Source: a virus. From it: a DNA stretch of 64,000 bases. Where the stretch lies: the IMG/VR virus record IMGVR_UViG_3300025425_000009, positions 11,658 to 75,657 of that record. One strand, written 5' to 3'. A program made the position numbers and the translations under genes. Below the pieces are notes generated by a model. The model was not told the DNA's origin. It was given only the letters and a program-made list of their open reading frames with translations, and made no database searches. Positions 1 through 10,104 of this stretch are shown here, piece by piece; the first letter of the stretch is position 1; each line of letters begins with the position of its first letter.

Positions 1-2
1 AA

Positions 3-383
3 GACACACTGATAGCCAACACAGACCTCATGCTTAAGGAGTATATGGCACAAGGAAAACATATTATGTTTGTGTCTGCCCGACCAGAGCACTGCAGGCA
101 AGACACAGAAAGTTGGCTGTCAGACAACGGCTGGCTAAACAAGTTTTCTAAGTCTGCAGAACTTGCCAATGAATCAAAGGTGCAGCATCACTGCTACTTT
201 GGACTGCTCATGAGAAGTGACGGCGACAGCAGGGACGACACTGTTGTTAAACAGCAAATTCTTGACAGGATGCTTAAAAAAGAGTGGATCCACACTGTGA
301 TAGATGATAGACCAAAGATAGTAAGGATGTGGCAGGACAATGGGGTGCCTGTCATAGATGTAGGAAATGGTATAGAATTCTAA
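3..383 (+). CDS. Polynucleotide kinase/3'-phosphatase (T4 PseT-like), C-terminal HAD domain, truncated by the window start
   Basis: FVSARPE, LLMRSDGDSRDDTVVK and IDDRPKIVRMW motifs; frame is open to the window edge. Confidence 0.85.
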   Translation, partial: DTLIANTDLMLKEYMAQGKHIMFVSARPEHCRQDTESWLSDNGWLNKFSKSAELANESKVQHHCYFGLLMRSDGDSRDDTVVKQQILDRMLKKEWIHTVIDDRPKIVRMWQDNGVPVIDVGNGIEF

Positions 384-385
384 TT

Positions 386-2077
386 ATGAAAGTTGAATTA
401 GCAAGAACAAGACTAAAGGTGTCACTGCCATATAATGAGCACCTCGTTGCCATGATTGCCCAGGTGCCTGGTAGAACTTTTAACAAGAAGTCCAAGACAT
501 GGTCTGTACCAGTGGTACATGTTAAAGATGTTGTAGAAGCGCTTGGCCCATTCGGTTGCGAGTTTAGCGACAAGGTTGTGGAACTTTATAGAGATCAAGT
601 CAAGTTCTTTCAAAAAATAACAAGACTAAAGGAAGGTAGATTCACAGAAGTGGAGACCCAGCTTCTTGACAAAACAGACATTCCTATGTATGCATACCAA
701 CGAAGAGGTGCTGGGTTCATGTGTGCAGTAAATGGCCTGCTAGGTGACCAGCCTGGGTTAGGTAAAACAATACAAGTGATTGCAGGAACTCAACTTAAGC
801 AATCAAAGAAGGTCCTTATTTTCTGCCCTAGCGTCATAAGATCAACATGGGAGGAGGAACTTCAAAAGTGGTCCCCTGACTCAACGTTTGTTGTGGTGAA
901 AGGAAACCCTAAGCAAAGGCTTGCCCTTTACAAAACAGATGTCACATACTATATATTGAACTATGAACTTGTTCTTAGGGATCTACCAATTCTCAAAAGC
1001 ATGGAGTGGGACGACATCGTATGTGACGAATCAACAGTGCTAGCCAACCATACAGCAAAAACAACCAAAGCCATTAAGAAGCTAAAGCCTCTCCGTAAAA
1101 CAGCAATGACAGGTACACCATTGAGTAATAAGCCAGACGATCTGTGGTCACCTATGGATTGGCTGCAGCCTGGCTTACTTGGGTCGTACCTTGAGTTTGT
1201 GGAGAAGTACTGTACCACAAACAGGTATGGATCAGTTGCTGGGTACAAGAATCTTGACAAGTTAAGCAAGATCATAGAACCATACATGCTCCGCAGACTT
1301 AAGTCCGAAGTGCTCAAGGATCTACCTCCTAAGATATACAAGAATATTAGGGTAGACTTCACCTCTGAGGAAAGAAGAATGTACGACAACTTTGAGAACG
1401 CTCTAACTGATGAACTTAAGTTGCAAGGGGTGGACAATACAAGAAATCTTAACTCAGCGTTGGTTAAAATGACAAGACTTTCGCAGTTGGCAGATTCAGG
1501 TGAGCTTGTGACAGGTGAAAAGCATGGGTCTAAGCTAGACGGTCTGAAGTCGTTGCTTGCTATATTGTTGGAAGACCCTGATACAAAAACAATAATATTC
1601 ACAGGGTATGCAGCGATGGCCAAAATACTGGAAAGGGAGCTAACCAAGTACAACCCACTCTGTATTGCAGGTTATGTAAATGACGATGACAGAACAAAAA
1701 ACAGGCACACATTTCAAGAAGACAACAAGCATCAGATCATGATAATGACCTCAGCAGGTAACATGGGACTTAACCTCCAGCGTGCTTCAAGTGTAATTCA
1801 CTATGATCTGCCATGGTCGATCTCAGGTGCCGAACAGAGGGAAGACAGGGCACATAGGAATGGGCAAACTGGATCTGTGGTTGTGTACAGGATGCTTGTA
1901 AAGGACACAATAGATGAGTACAAGCTGTTCAAACTGCAAGGCAAGAAAAACTACTCTGACACAGTCCTAGGTGACAAGGCAGTTGACACCTCAGGAAGTG
2001 AGGTTGACGTTGACTCACTGAACGCGGAGTCCTACATGGAGTGGTGTACAAAGGTAACCAAGCGTGATAATATATAA
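386..2077 (+). CDS. SNF2-family helicase
   Basis: DQPGLGKT, DEST, TGTP and QREDRAHRNGQ motifs; start moved to ATG 386 just after the upstream stop. Confidence 0.9.
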   Translation: MKVELARTRLKVSLPYNEHLVAMIAQVPGRTFNKKSKTWSVPVVHVKDVVEALGPFGCEFSDKVVELYRDQVKFFQKITRLKEGRFTEVETQLLDKTDIPMYAYQRRGAGFMCAVNGLLGDQPGLGKTIQVIAGTQLKQSKKVLIFCPSVIRSTWEEELQKWSPDSTFVVVKGNPKQRLALYKTDVTYYILNYELVLRDLPILKSMEWDDIVCDESTVLANHTAKTTKAIKKLKPLRKTAMTGTPLSNKPDDLWSPMDWLQPGLLGSYLEFVEKYCTTNRYGSVAGYKNLDKLSKIIEPYMLRRLKSEVLKDLPPKIYKNIRVDFTSEERRMYDNFENALTDELKLQGVDNTRNLNSALVKMTRLSQLADSGELVTGEKHGSKLDGLKSLLAILLEDPDTKTIIFTGYAAMAKILERELTKYNPLCIAGYVNDDDRTKNRHTFQEDNKHQIMIMTSAGNMGLNLQRASSVIHYDLPWSISGAEQREDRAHRNGQTGSVVVYRMLVKDTIDEYKLFKLQGKKNYSDTVLGDKAVDTSGSEVDVDSLNAESYMEWCTKVTKRDNI

Positions 2078-2088
2078 CTACTTAAATC

Positions 2089-2508
2089 ATGATTAACTAC
2101 ACAACAATGACTGACTCATTAAGCGACAAGATGTTAGTTGAGGAGCTACAACTTGCCACAGTGCAAGGACGCAGAACACAGCGGTGGAAAGACATTCTAC
2201 TAGAGATTAACGAATGTTTTGCTGCAGCGAAGGACAACAGAAGAAGCACACCTTTGGTTAGATCCAAGAATACAAAAAAAGATGCAGACCTAACTGTATC
2301 AGCCAGAGTGTTTTGGCTCCATGGTGTAGGGGAGGACGGCATCATAACGCTGTTCAGATCTTACAAGACATGGCGAACATACATATCTAAAGAGTATGCA
2401 CACATCTTCAAACCTACTGCGGTGGGGACAGGCCCAGGCAGACGGTATTATCTAAAAACGTACAGCATTGCAGACTTCGTGTATCTATTCGAAACTAATC
2501 AACTTTAA
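2089..2508 (+). CDS. hypothetical protein
   Basis: tightly packed ORF within the operon. Confidence 0.6.
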   Translation: MINYTTMTDSLSDKMLVEELQLATVQGRRTQRWKDILLEINECFAAAKDNRRSTPLVRSKNTKKDADLTVSARVFWLHGVGEDGIITLFRSYKTWRTYISKEYAHIFKPTAVGTGPGRRYYLKTYSIADFVYLFETNQL

Positions 2509-2511
2509 ACA

Positions 2512-3222
2512 ATGACTAAAGTCAAGGCATCACAACATCAAATACTGGCACTATCGGTTGACAAGGCAGAGTCAATAGAAATTGGTCTGGATCATGCAGT
2601 TGTTCTGCATTGGCTTAGGCAGGAGACAACTCTGTCTAAGTTAGTGAGTGAAGGCTCTAGTGTGCAGAACAGTCAGTGTATAGCAATAACACCTGAGATG
2701 GTTACACTCTTCTTTCCTATGTTTACTCCAGGCAGAACTCATGGGATATTACACAACCTTGCTCTCAAATTCAAAAAAATACATTTGGTTAAGTCTCACT
2801 CAAGGTTGTACGTATCCATGGCCAAGGACAAGCCTGCAGACTTTAAACCTGCAAAAAAGAAAACAGAGATAGTAGTAAAGGAGGATGTGACCTACACTAC
2901 AGAAACCGGAGACAAGGTGACAGTGCCTGAAACCAAGTTTATAGCTACTATAATAGATGCGTTTAGCACCGTCAACCCTCGGTATGCAGACTTCTTCTCT
3001 AGGAAAGGTGAGCGTGAGTCAATATCAGTAATGTTAACTCAGTACACAGCGGATAAGATACTACAAATGGTGTCTGTGCTGCCTACTACTAACAATATGC
3101 AGTGGGCACCTATTATTACAACCCCTAGGGAGTTGTATAACAAAGGCAACAAGCTTATAATATTCATGAATAGACTTAAGGCCGAGGAAGATGGAAAGGA
3201 CACCATAGAGGTACTCCTATAA
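2512..3222 (+). CDS. hypothetical protein, possibly replication initiator-like
   Basis: position before the primase-helicase; function is a guess. Confidence 0.45.
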   Translation: MTKVKASQHQILALSVDKAESIEIGLDHAVVLHWLRQETTLSKLVSEGSSVQNSQCIAITPEMVTLFFPMFTPGRTHGILHNLALKFKKIHLVKSHSRLYVSMAKDKPADFKPAKKKTEIVVKEDVTYTTETGDKVTVPETKFIATIIDAFSTVNPRYADFFSRKGERESISVMLTQYTADKILQMVSVLPTTNNMQWAPIITTPRELYNKGNKLIIFMNRLKAEEDGKDTIEVLL

Positions 3223-3223
3223 T

Positions 3224-3505
3224 ATGACATACTTACTTAAATCAACAATAGGCGTATCATTTCTGATTGACGAAGATGAGATAGCTTTGATCAGGTCAGC
3301 AAAAGATGATCACTTCATCTTCTTTAGAAACGGCGCTGTCAAGAAGAAGTTAGTAGGTACAATCACAGAGTATACATCACCTCAGGACCCAGTCCTTAGA
3401 TTATCAACTGAAACAAAAGAACAATACGAAGTTCGGAAACGAGAAGCCAAACTGCCAGACATTTTCGAAAACAGTAGGAGTTCCAAAGTTCGTAACATCA
3501 ACTAG
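3224..3505 (+). CDS. hypothetical protein
   Basis: packed ORF. Confidence 0.6.
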   Translation: MTYLLKSTIGVSFLIDEDEIALIRSAKDDHFIFFRNGAVKKKLVGTITEYTSPQDPVLRLSTETKEQYEVRKREAKLPDIFENSRSSKVRNIN

Positions 3506-3506
3506 T

Positions 3507-5222
3507 ATGTCAAAGGTCAAAGAGTTCTTAGACAGTCAGGACGTAGATTACAAAACAGTACCAGGTGGGGAGTTGATTTTAGAAGTGTGTCCAGTGTGTG
3601 GCAAGGAAAACAAATTTTATGTAAACGCTGAAACAGGGCTACATGATTGCAAGATATGCGGTCATAAAGGAAACCTGTTTAAGCTCAAATCTCTATATGG
3701 TGTGATAGAAGGTGTTAGTTCTGCTAGAGACCTGATAGGGTCGTCCTTTAAACCCATGGACATTGCAGTACTTGAATCCCTGGAAACAGCACTATGGGAA
3801 GACACACAGGCACTCAACTATCTAAGAGGCCGTGGGTTAACTGATGCAACCATCAAGCATTTCAGGATTGGGTACGAACAAACTCTAGGCGGGCATTGGA
3901 TTGCCATACCTCATATACAGGACGGTAAGCTGTGGAACGTTAAGTACAGGGAGTTTGTTGGCAAGAAGGCGTTTAGGCGTGTGCAAGGGCAGCCTACTGT
4001 CTTGTACAACATTGATGGTGTAGATTATAGTAAAGGCGGTCTTGTCGCTGCTGAAGGTGAATTTGATGTGATGGCTGCTTGGCAGATGGGCGTGACAAAC
4101 ACCGTAGGACTAACAGGAGGAGCTAAAACATTTAAACCAGAGTGGCTTAGTGTGTTTGCACAGTTTAACAAGGTGTACACATGTCTTGACTCTGATCAAA
4201 CCGGGCAGGAAGGAGCAAAGAAGGTTGCTGAAATAATAGGGTTAAAGAAAACAAGGAATGTTGAGCTACCAACTAACGATATAAATGACTATCTCAATGA
4301 TGCAACTACATCTCCTGCTGACTTTAAAAACCTGCTTGGGCAGGCTAAGCAATTTGAAATAGATTACATCGGTACATCTGCTGATATTGTAGGCCAACTA
4401 GATGATTGGTTCTCAGGGGAGGACACTGCACTTCGTGGTCTTGAGACAGGGCTTCCTCAATTTGATGCGTTAACAAAAGGACTCAAGGATCAAGACCTTA
4501 TCATTCTGTCAGGGGATTCAGGTGTAGGTAAGACAACGCTGTGTCTTAACATCATTCATGAGATAATGGACAGAGGTAACGCTGCGTTTGGCTTCTTTCT
4601 TGAAGGGCAAATACCATATTACTTCACCCGTATGATTGGTGCACCTCTTGGTCTAGAATACAATGAGTTAAACAACGACCCTGAAGTGTATGAAGACATA
4701 AAGAGTGCTGCAGCGGAACTACCACTGTACTACTACAGCGGGTCCCAAGGCGGGCTGACCCTGGACATAATAAAAGACATCATTCCGATGGTTGTAAGGC
4801 TTTACGATATCAAGGTCATCTTCATTGATAACCTCCAGAAACTTGTTCGTGGGTCAGACACAATGTATTACCAGCGGTTAGGAGATACTGTGTCAGCACT
4901 TAAAGATTTAAGTGTAGACAACAACATACCTATCGTTCTTATCTCTCACATCACTAAAATAGATGAGACCAAGAAGGTCATTACTATGCATGATGTGAAA
5001 GGGTCATCTACGATATATCAGGATGCTGACATATTCGCTATCTTCCAGGCAATCAAAGATGAGTTCTACTTGTCTATTGATAAAAACAGAATGGGGGAAG
5101 GAGGCATACACATACCAATGAACGCAGATAAGCGACTTGGCTTGTTTAAAGAGCTTGACGGGGAGGCAGTCAAAACAGAAGACATGGGCTCACAGGTGCC
5201 TAGGTCTAGGGCAGCCGATTAA
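3507..5222 (+). CDS. Primase-helicase (Zn ribbon + TOPRIM + DnaB-like; T7 gp4/Twinkle-type architecture)
   Basis: CPVC...CKIC, EGEFD, DSDQTG, SGDSGVGKT, IFIDNLQ, KNRMG. Confidence 0.92.
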   Translation: MSKVKEFLDSQDVDYKTVPGGELILEVCPVCGKENKFYVNAETGLHDCKICGHKGNLFKLKSLYGVIEGVSSARDLIGSSFKPMDIAVLESLETALWEDTQALNYLRGRGLTDATIKHFRIGYEQTLGGHWIAIPHIQDGKLWNVKYREFVGKKAFRRVQGQPTVLYNIDGVDYSKGGLVAAEGEFDVMAAWQMGVTNTVGLTGGAKTFKPEWLSVFAQFNKVYTCLDSDQTGQEGAKKVAEIIGLKKTRNVELPTNDINDYLNDATTSPADFKNLLGQAKQFEIDYIGTSADIVGQLDDWFSGEDTALRGLETGLPQFDALTKGLKDQDLIILSGDSGVGKTTLCLNIIHEIMDRGNAAFGFFLEGQIPYYFTRMIGAPLGLEYNELNNDPEVYEDIKSAAAELPLYYYSGSQGGLTLDIIKDIIPMVVRLYDIKVIFIDNLQKLVRGSDTMYYQRLGDTVSALKDLSVDNNIPIVLISHITKIDETKKVITMHDVKGSSTIYQDADIFAIFQAIKDEFYLSIDKNRMGEGGIHIPMNADKRLGLFKELDGEAVKTEDMGSQVPRSRAAD

Positions 5223-5228
5223 AAAAAA

Positions 5229-5275
5229 GTTGTTAACAGGCAGGCGTTGTACATTTGCACACAGGGTGATACTAT
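5229..5275 (+). promoter_or_regulatory. Boxed promoter: GTTGTTAACAGG, TGTACA, TGnTACTAT
   Basis: same architecture recurs at 8909, 13505, 19261, 24653, 27206, 27858, 30983 and 60243(-). Confidence 0.75.
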
Positions 5276-5302
5276 TATAGGATAATACTAACGAAAACGC
5301 GC

Positions 5303-6043
5303 ATGGCAAAAGACCCAACAACAACAACAACGCACACAGACTCAGTGTTCCTGACTCACAGTGGTAGCACAATGGCTGTTAAGGACGCGGTTAGTCAGAA
5401 TGATTGCTGGTTTATACAAAAGGAGCGAAGGTGGGTGCTTACTCACAAAGCCATTCAGAAGATTGCGACGTTGGCAGGAATCAGTAAGAATTACGATGTG
5501 GAAGAGTCAGCTACAGTGCAACCGTCTTACAGAAATGAACTTGAGCACATTGTCAGGGTGACAATTAAGTGTAATTCTAAAAGAAAAGGCAAAGGTGCTG
5601 CAAAGGGGTGTGTTCATGATCAGTTTGAAAACACTCTTACAAAAACAGGAGAAGCAAACAAGGTTAACACTGCTGTCAAAGGTAGAGGGTACCTTAGGAC
5701 TATGGCTGAGAAACGTGCTTACGACGTTGCTGTACTAGAGCATGTTGGACTGTACGACACTACATTCTCAGAGGAAGAGTCAGAGTCAATGATGGGAGGC
5801 TCACCTGAAGAGCATAGATCTATTGTGCTAACCAACGTTCAGTTGGAGGCAGTCAAAACAGAGGTCAACGCGATTGTATCCTGTACCACAGATGATCAGT
5901 TAGCCAAGGCCGCAGCAGAGGTCAAGATTAAAAAGGAGTCCAAGATGTATTCTGACAGCCAGGTTAAGTTCCTGGACAAGCTGATAAACGACACCCAGCT
6001 TGGATTTATAAATGAGGCACCTCCTCAAGTAAAACCTTTTTAG
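5303..6043 (+). CDS. hypothetical protein, possibly ssDNA-annealing/recombination
   Basis: MAEKRAYD motif; precedes an exonuclease and an SSB-like gene. Confidence 0.45.
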   Translation: MAKDPTTTTTHTDSVFLTHSGSTMAVKDAVSQNDCWFIQKERRWVLTHKAIQKIATLAGISKNYDVEESATVQPSYRNELEHIVRVTIKCNSKRKGKGAAKGCVHDQFENTLTKTGEANKVNTAVKGRGYLRTMAEKRAYDVAVLEHVGLYDTTFSEEESESMMGGSPEEHRSIVLTNVQLEAVKTEVNAIVSCTTDDQLAKAAAEVKIKKESKMYSDSQVKFLDKLINDTQLGFINEAPPQVKPF

Positions 6044-6044
6044 C

Positions 6045-6878
6045 ATGGAACGACCATTTAACTTAAAATTTGATGACACACTCACAGGACATGCGGAGTC
6101 ATCATTTAAACTAGAAAGAATATCACCATCTATGATGGGTACCTACACATCATGTCCTCTTGCATTCTACTACGGGTACATAGCAAAGATAGAGATACCA
6201 CAGTCCAGACTGCATTTGCTGTTTGGTAGTGCAATTCACTTAGCGTTAGAATACATGTACAACGATGGCAAGGACCCGCATGAAACATTTGCAGAGCACT
6301 TTAAAAGGGAGGATCTGGACCCTGAAGGGCAGTTATCCTTTTCGGAGTACTACATGCTAGGTGTAGAGATGGTAAAGAACTATGTAGATGCAAAGCCAGC
6401 CATAGATGCTGCTTACGGTTTAGACAAGGCAGACACTGAACTTAAGGTGAAGGAATTCATCACCCACCCAATCACAGGCAAGCAGTCTAGTGTCAAGTTC
6501 TCAGGAATCCTCGATGTGCTTACACACGGTCATAAGATTGTGGATTACAAGACATCGAAGACTAAGTGGAAGACAAGTGAAGCCCGGTTTAAGCTCCAAA
6601 GCCGCATGTACAATCTTTGGTATTTGTCAAGGTTCGGCAAAATTGCTGATGAGACAGTGTGGATCATTTTACTAAAGAAGTTTAAGAAAACATCAAGAGA
6701 TGAGGTAATTCAGTTTCTGTCTTACAAGCCATCTATAGATGACCTTGCCGCAACATTTGAGGAGATGGAAGCAATTGTTGAAAAGATTGAAACTGGCAAC
6801 TTCGAAAGACCAACCAAAGGTCACCCACCGTATTGTGATTGTTACAAATACGAAAGGTATCTAGGGATTACTAGTTAG
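6045..6878 (+). CDS. PD-(D/E)XK exonuclease (RecB/Cas4-like)
   Basis: SPS..CP, FGSAIH, GILD..IVDYKT, QSRMY, C-terminal CDC. Confidence 0.85.
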   Translation: MERPFNLKFDDTLTGHAESSFKLERISPSMMGTYTSCPLAFYYGYIAKIEIPQSRLHLLFGSAIHLALEYMYNDGKDPHETFAEHFKREDLDPEGQLSFSEYYMLGVEMVKNYVDAKPAIDAAYGLDKADTELKVKEFITHPITGKQSSVKFSGILDVLTHGHKIVDYKTSKTKWKTSEARFKLQSRMYNLWYLSRFGKIADETVWIILLKKFKKTSRDEVIQFLSYKPSIDDLAATFEEMEAIVEKIETGNFERPTKGHPPYCDCYKYERYLGITS

Positions 6879-6887
6879 CACACACAC

Positions 6888-7103
6888 ATGGATAACATTC
6901 AAGCATTAACTGCACTGCTTTTAAAGCATGCACAAGAAGCACAAGATCTAGCAAATGAAGCAGAACGTAAAGGCAAAATGCCATACAGGATTGCTAAAGA
7001 GATTAGACGTAACGCAGGTGACTGTGGTAAAGTAGGTAAGGAACTTAGACTAGTGACCCAGGCATATTTCAAAGCACAGAAGGAGGTACAGACAGAAGTG
7101 TAA
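6888..7103 (+). CDS. small basic helical protein, Hc1-like
   Basis: KGK...AKEIRR...KELR pattern. Confidence 0.4.
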   Translation: MDNIQALTALLLKHAQEAQDLANEAERKGKMPYRIAKEIRRNAGDCGKVGKELRLVTQAYFKAQKEVQTEV

Positions 7104-7128
7104 TACTACCCACTAACTTATAATTATT

Positions 7129-7737
7129 ATGGCAGACGAAAACAACCCATCACCGAACACAACTACTATTGAAGTTGCTTCAGTTGAGCACAAGGAAGGA
7201 GTTAGTCAAAAAAATGGACGGCCTTATGTTATTCACAGGATAACAGATGCAAAGTCAGGACGGGACATGTCAACATTTGACGAGTTTGCGGCAAACCTTA
7301 AAATAGGAGACAAGCTTGATGTTATAGTAAGCCAGAACGGGCAGTACTGGAACTTCAACGATCCAAACAAGCCGGCATCGAAGTCTTACGGAGGTGGAGC
7401 AGCAGGAAGAACAGCAGGTGTTCTTAGCACAGCTCAGTCAGCCACTGTTCATGCATTCCAGATAGCAGCAACACTGCTTGCACCAAAGTTTGCAGAGAAA
7501 GGAGCAAAGATATCAACAGACTTTCTAAAAGAACTAGCAGACCAGATCAAACCTATGATTGAAACAGTCACACCTCCTGCTGCACCTGTTGCACCTGCAG
7601 TACGACCTGTTGCAATTGTAGCACCTGCTGCAGCACCTGTTGCAACACAGCCTGCAGTTGCAGTTCCTACATCAACTGAAGACACAACCCCTGCAGTTGA
7701 TTCATCATTTGCACAAGACGAAGACAAACCATTTTAG
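7129..7737 (+). CDS. putative single-stranded DNA-binding protein
   Basis: OB-like N-terminus, Ala/Pro-rich linker, acidic tail ending DEDKPF. Confidence 0.65.
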   Translation: MADENNPSPNTTTIEVASVEHKEGVSQKNGRPYVIHRITDAKSGRDMSTFDEFAANLKIGDKLDVIVSQNGQYWNFNDPNKPASKSYGGGAAGRTAGVLSTAQSATVHAFQIAATLLAPKFAEKGAKISTDFLKELADQIKPMIETVTPPAAPVAPAVRPVAIVAPAAAPVATQPAVAVPTSTEDTTPAVDSSFAQDEDKPF

Positions 7738-7760
7738 CAAATAAGTAAAACGACTCCTCT

Positions 7761-8204
7761 ATGATGCACGTATTCCCAGCTACATTCATTACGCCTACAA
7801 ACAGGGCGGGTGGTGTAAGAGTAATATTTGAAATTGATGATTCCAATAGGGAAAGCGCAGGTGAACTGATCAAGCTCCCTATGGGAAAAGAGATGTTGTT
7901 GGTTGCTTATGAAATCGGAGAAGACAGTGAGGACATCAGAAAGGCACATGTTAAGCCTGACTACGGCAAAAACCAATTCATGAAACAAGTTCATGCTATC
8001 ATTGGTGATTACGCAGCCCAAACAGGTGTGGGAAAGGATAAAATCAAGAACATTCTAAGATTAAAGTTGATAGCAAAAAACTATATCAAAGAATCAATGT
8101 CAGAAGCCAACGAACAAACAATGGCTACTGCTGTATATATCCTTAGAACACAGATGAACCCTTCCAGATTAGATTACACTGACTATCAGGATAACGAAAC
8201 ATAA
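7761..8204 (+). CDS. hypothetical protein
   Basis: packed ORF. Confidence 0.6.
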   Translation: MMHVFPATFITPTNRAGGVRVIFEIDDSNRESAGELIKLPMGKEMLLVAYEIGEDSEDIRKAHVKPDYGKNQFMKQVHAIIGDYAAQTGVGKDKIKNILRLKLIAKNYIKESMSEANEQTMATAVYILRTQMNPSRLDYTDYQDNET

Positions 8205-8210
8205 CACTCA

Positions 8211-8516
8211 ATGGTCACATTAAAAGACAGAACAACAGGAGAAGAGTATCCTCTTGAAGATGATAATATCCACAAGTACTGGAATGAGCAAACTGCCTAC
8301 AAAGGTTCTGTGTTTGTCATTGAGCCTCACTTCGAGGTTGAAAAATACGACAAGTTTGCTATGCTAGTAAAAGATAACACAGAAGAGCCAGTATGGATTT
8401 GCTTCAATAGGGCAACAATCGAGAAGGAAAGTACAAGAGAGCACATTACAGGATTGTTCAAGGACAACCCATTTTATCGGATTCATATATCAGATCATGA
8501 CTCAAGACAAACTTAG
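8211..8516 (+). CDS. hypothetical protein
   Basis: packed ORF. Confidence 0.6.
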   Translation: MVTLKDRTTGEEYPLEDDNIHKYWNEQTAYKGSVFVIEPHFEVEKYDKFAMLVKDNTEEPVWICFNRATIEKESTREHITGLFKDNPFYRIHISDHDSRQT

Positions 8517-8907
8517 CCACATGCTCCAGTTACAGTCGGAGTTTCAAAAGAACTTCTACGACATTGCAACACTTGCTGATGCAGATAGAGTAAGACAAAC
8601 AAAAGAGAACATGCTAGCACTACATAGGGAATTAGGTGAGGCACTAAACGAGATGCCGTGGAAACACCACAGGGCAAACTCACAGTCCTATGATATTACA
8701 AAGGTGCAGGAAGAACTCATAGATTGTATTAAGTTCATGATGAACATTTGTTTGCTGTGGGGACTTGATGCAGATACAATGTACTCCAAATTCGTTGAGA
8801 AAACACGTGTTGTGCAAACTCGGTATGACAAGGAGAAGGACAGGATACCGACTGCATTAGACAGTAACAGCACCAAGATGGGGTACAACACAGACCTCAA
8901 GAACTAA
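8497..8907 (+). CDS. All-alpha NTP pyrophosphatase (dimeric dUTPase/dCTPase family)
   Basis: ELGEALNEMPWKHH...EELIDCIKF. Confidence 0.8.
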   Translation: MTQDKLSHMLQLQSEFQKNFYDIATLADADRVRQTKENMLALHRELGEALNEMPWKHHRANSQSYDITKVQEELIDCIKFMMNICLLWGLDADTMYSKFVEKTRVVQTRYDKEKDRIPTALDSNSTKMGYNTDLKN

Positions 8908-8908
8908 A

Positions 8909-8956
8909 GTTATTAACAGGCATACGGTGTACACTGTTGCACTTAGTGATTATAAT
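8909..8956 (+). promoter_or_regulatory. Boxed promoter, probably producing a leaderless mRNA
   Basis: GTTATTAACAGG, TGTACA-17-TATAAT; ATG 6 nt after the -10. Confidence 0.75.
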
Positions 8957-8962
8957 AGACAT

Positions 8963-9877
8963 ATGACAAATCGACAAACTGATCAGCAGGAACTTCACAA
9001 TAAAGAATCAGCCGTGGCGGAATCTGCGTTTAGAGAAATCTACACCAGGCTAAGCCACCTTGGTGTTGAAGTTGCCCCTCGCGGTTATAAGGTTCTGGAA
9101 TGTGAGGACTTCTCATTCCTGCTACCTAAGTATGTCAGGTTTGCCAATTTCCAAGTACGAAAACTCAACCTAGATTACATCAAGGCTGAGTTTCTTTGGT
9201 ATTTGAACGGCGACCCTGGTAACACCCGGATAGGCAAGTATGCATCAACATGGAACCCACTCATCAATCCTGACGGAACAATCAACTCTAACTACGGGCA
9301 GTACATCTTCGGACAACAGGACCAGTTCGCAATAACAAGACAAACCCTAAGGGATGACAAAGACTCAAGACGTGCTTCAATTGTTATTCTGTCTCAGGCC
9401 CACCTGGCTTCTGACACAAAGGATGTGCCTTGCACTTACTCTATCAACTTTAGGATCAGGGATAACAAGCTAAACATGAGTATACGCATGAGATCCCAAG
9501 ATGCAATATTCGGGTTTGGTAACGACACACCTTGTTTTAGTCTAGTACATGAGATGATGTACATGAGCCTTAAGGCGGATTATCCTGATCTTGAGCATGG
9601 ATCATACCATCATACTGCTGATTCCTTCCATGTGTATGAACGTCATTTTGCCATGTTCCACGCCATCACTGCAGGTGGCCTAAGCAAGGCAAAGTATGAG
9701 CACATCGCAATTCCTAAGATATCCTCCCATGCGGAAGTTGAATTCCTAAGAACAGGGGATTTCTCTCATATACCAGATGAGTATGAGTTTTCAAAGTGGC
9801 TAACATTTTTCGAGAACGAGAAGTACAAAGATGCGTTAGCTGATCTAGGCAAGCCTACTAATATGACATTGTTCTAA
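8963..9877 (+). CDS. dCMP hydroxymethylase (T4 gp42-like, thymidylate synthase fold)
   Basis: INSNYG, catalytic PCT, MRSQDAIFGFGND with Asp at the base-specificity position. Confidence 0.82.
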   Translation: MTNRQTDQQELHNKESAVAESAFREIYTRLSHLGVEVAPRGYKVLECEDFSFLLPKYVRFANFQVRKLNLDYIKAEFLWYLNGDPGNTRIGKYASTWNPLINPDGTINSNYGQYIFGQQDQFAITRQTLRDDKDSRRASIVILSQAHLASDTKDVPCTYSINFRIRDNKLNMSIRMRSQDAIFGFGNDTPCFSLVHEMMYMSLKADYPDLEHGSYHHTADSFHVYERHFAMFHAITAGGLSKAKYEHIAIPKISSHAEVEFLRTGDFSHIPDEYEFSKWLTFFENEKYKDALADLGKPTNMTLF

Positions 9878-9878
9878 T

Positions 9879-10103
9879 ATGAAGTACGTGATAACAGAGC
9901 ACAAAGACTTCGCAATATTCAGTGAGGTAACAACACATAGTGAGATAGGACACACTCTTTTTGGAGCACCCACAAGTGCAGGATTCTGCCATTTTGATGA
10001 CCTGTCAAAGACAATGCAATGCTACGGACAAAGTGTAAGCATAGGCATTGGCAGTAGACCTGACGACAGTGACTTCCTTACCAGCAAACTAACGGACAAC
10101 TAA
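9879..10103 (+). CDS. hypothetical phage protein
   Basis: SAGFC and YGQSVSIGIGSR motifs. Confidence 0.65.
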   Translation: MKYVITEHKDFAIFSEVTTHSEIGHTLFGAPTSAGFCHFDDLSKTMQCYGQSVSIGIGSRPDDSDFLTSKLTDN

Positions 10104-10104
10104 C

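Noticed and set aside
6045-6878. Cas4 as evidence of a CRISPR-Cas system
   Set aside because: It is a solo exonuclease in a recombination operon, with no cas1, cas2 or effector genes.
8963-9877. Ordinary thymidylate synthase (thyA)
   Set aside because: It has Asp, not Asn, at the specificity position (FGFGND), and a BGT homologue is nearby.
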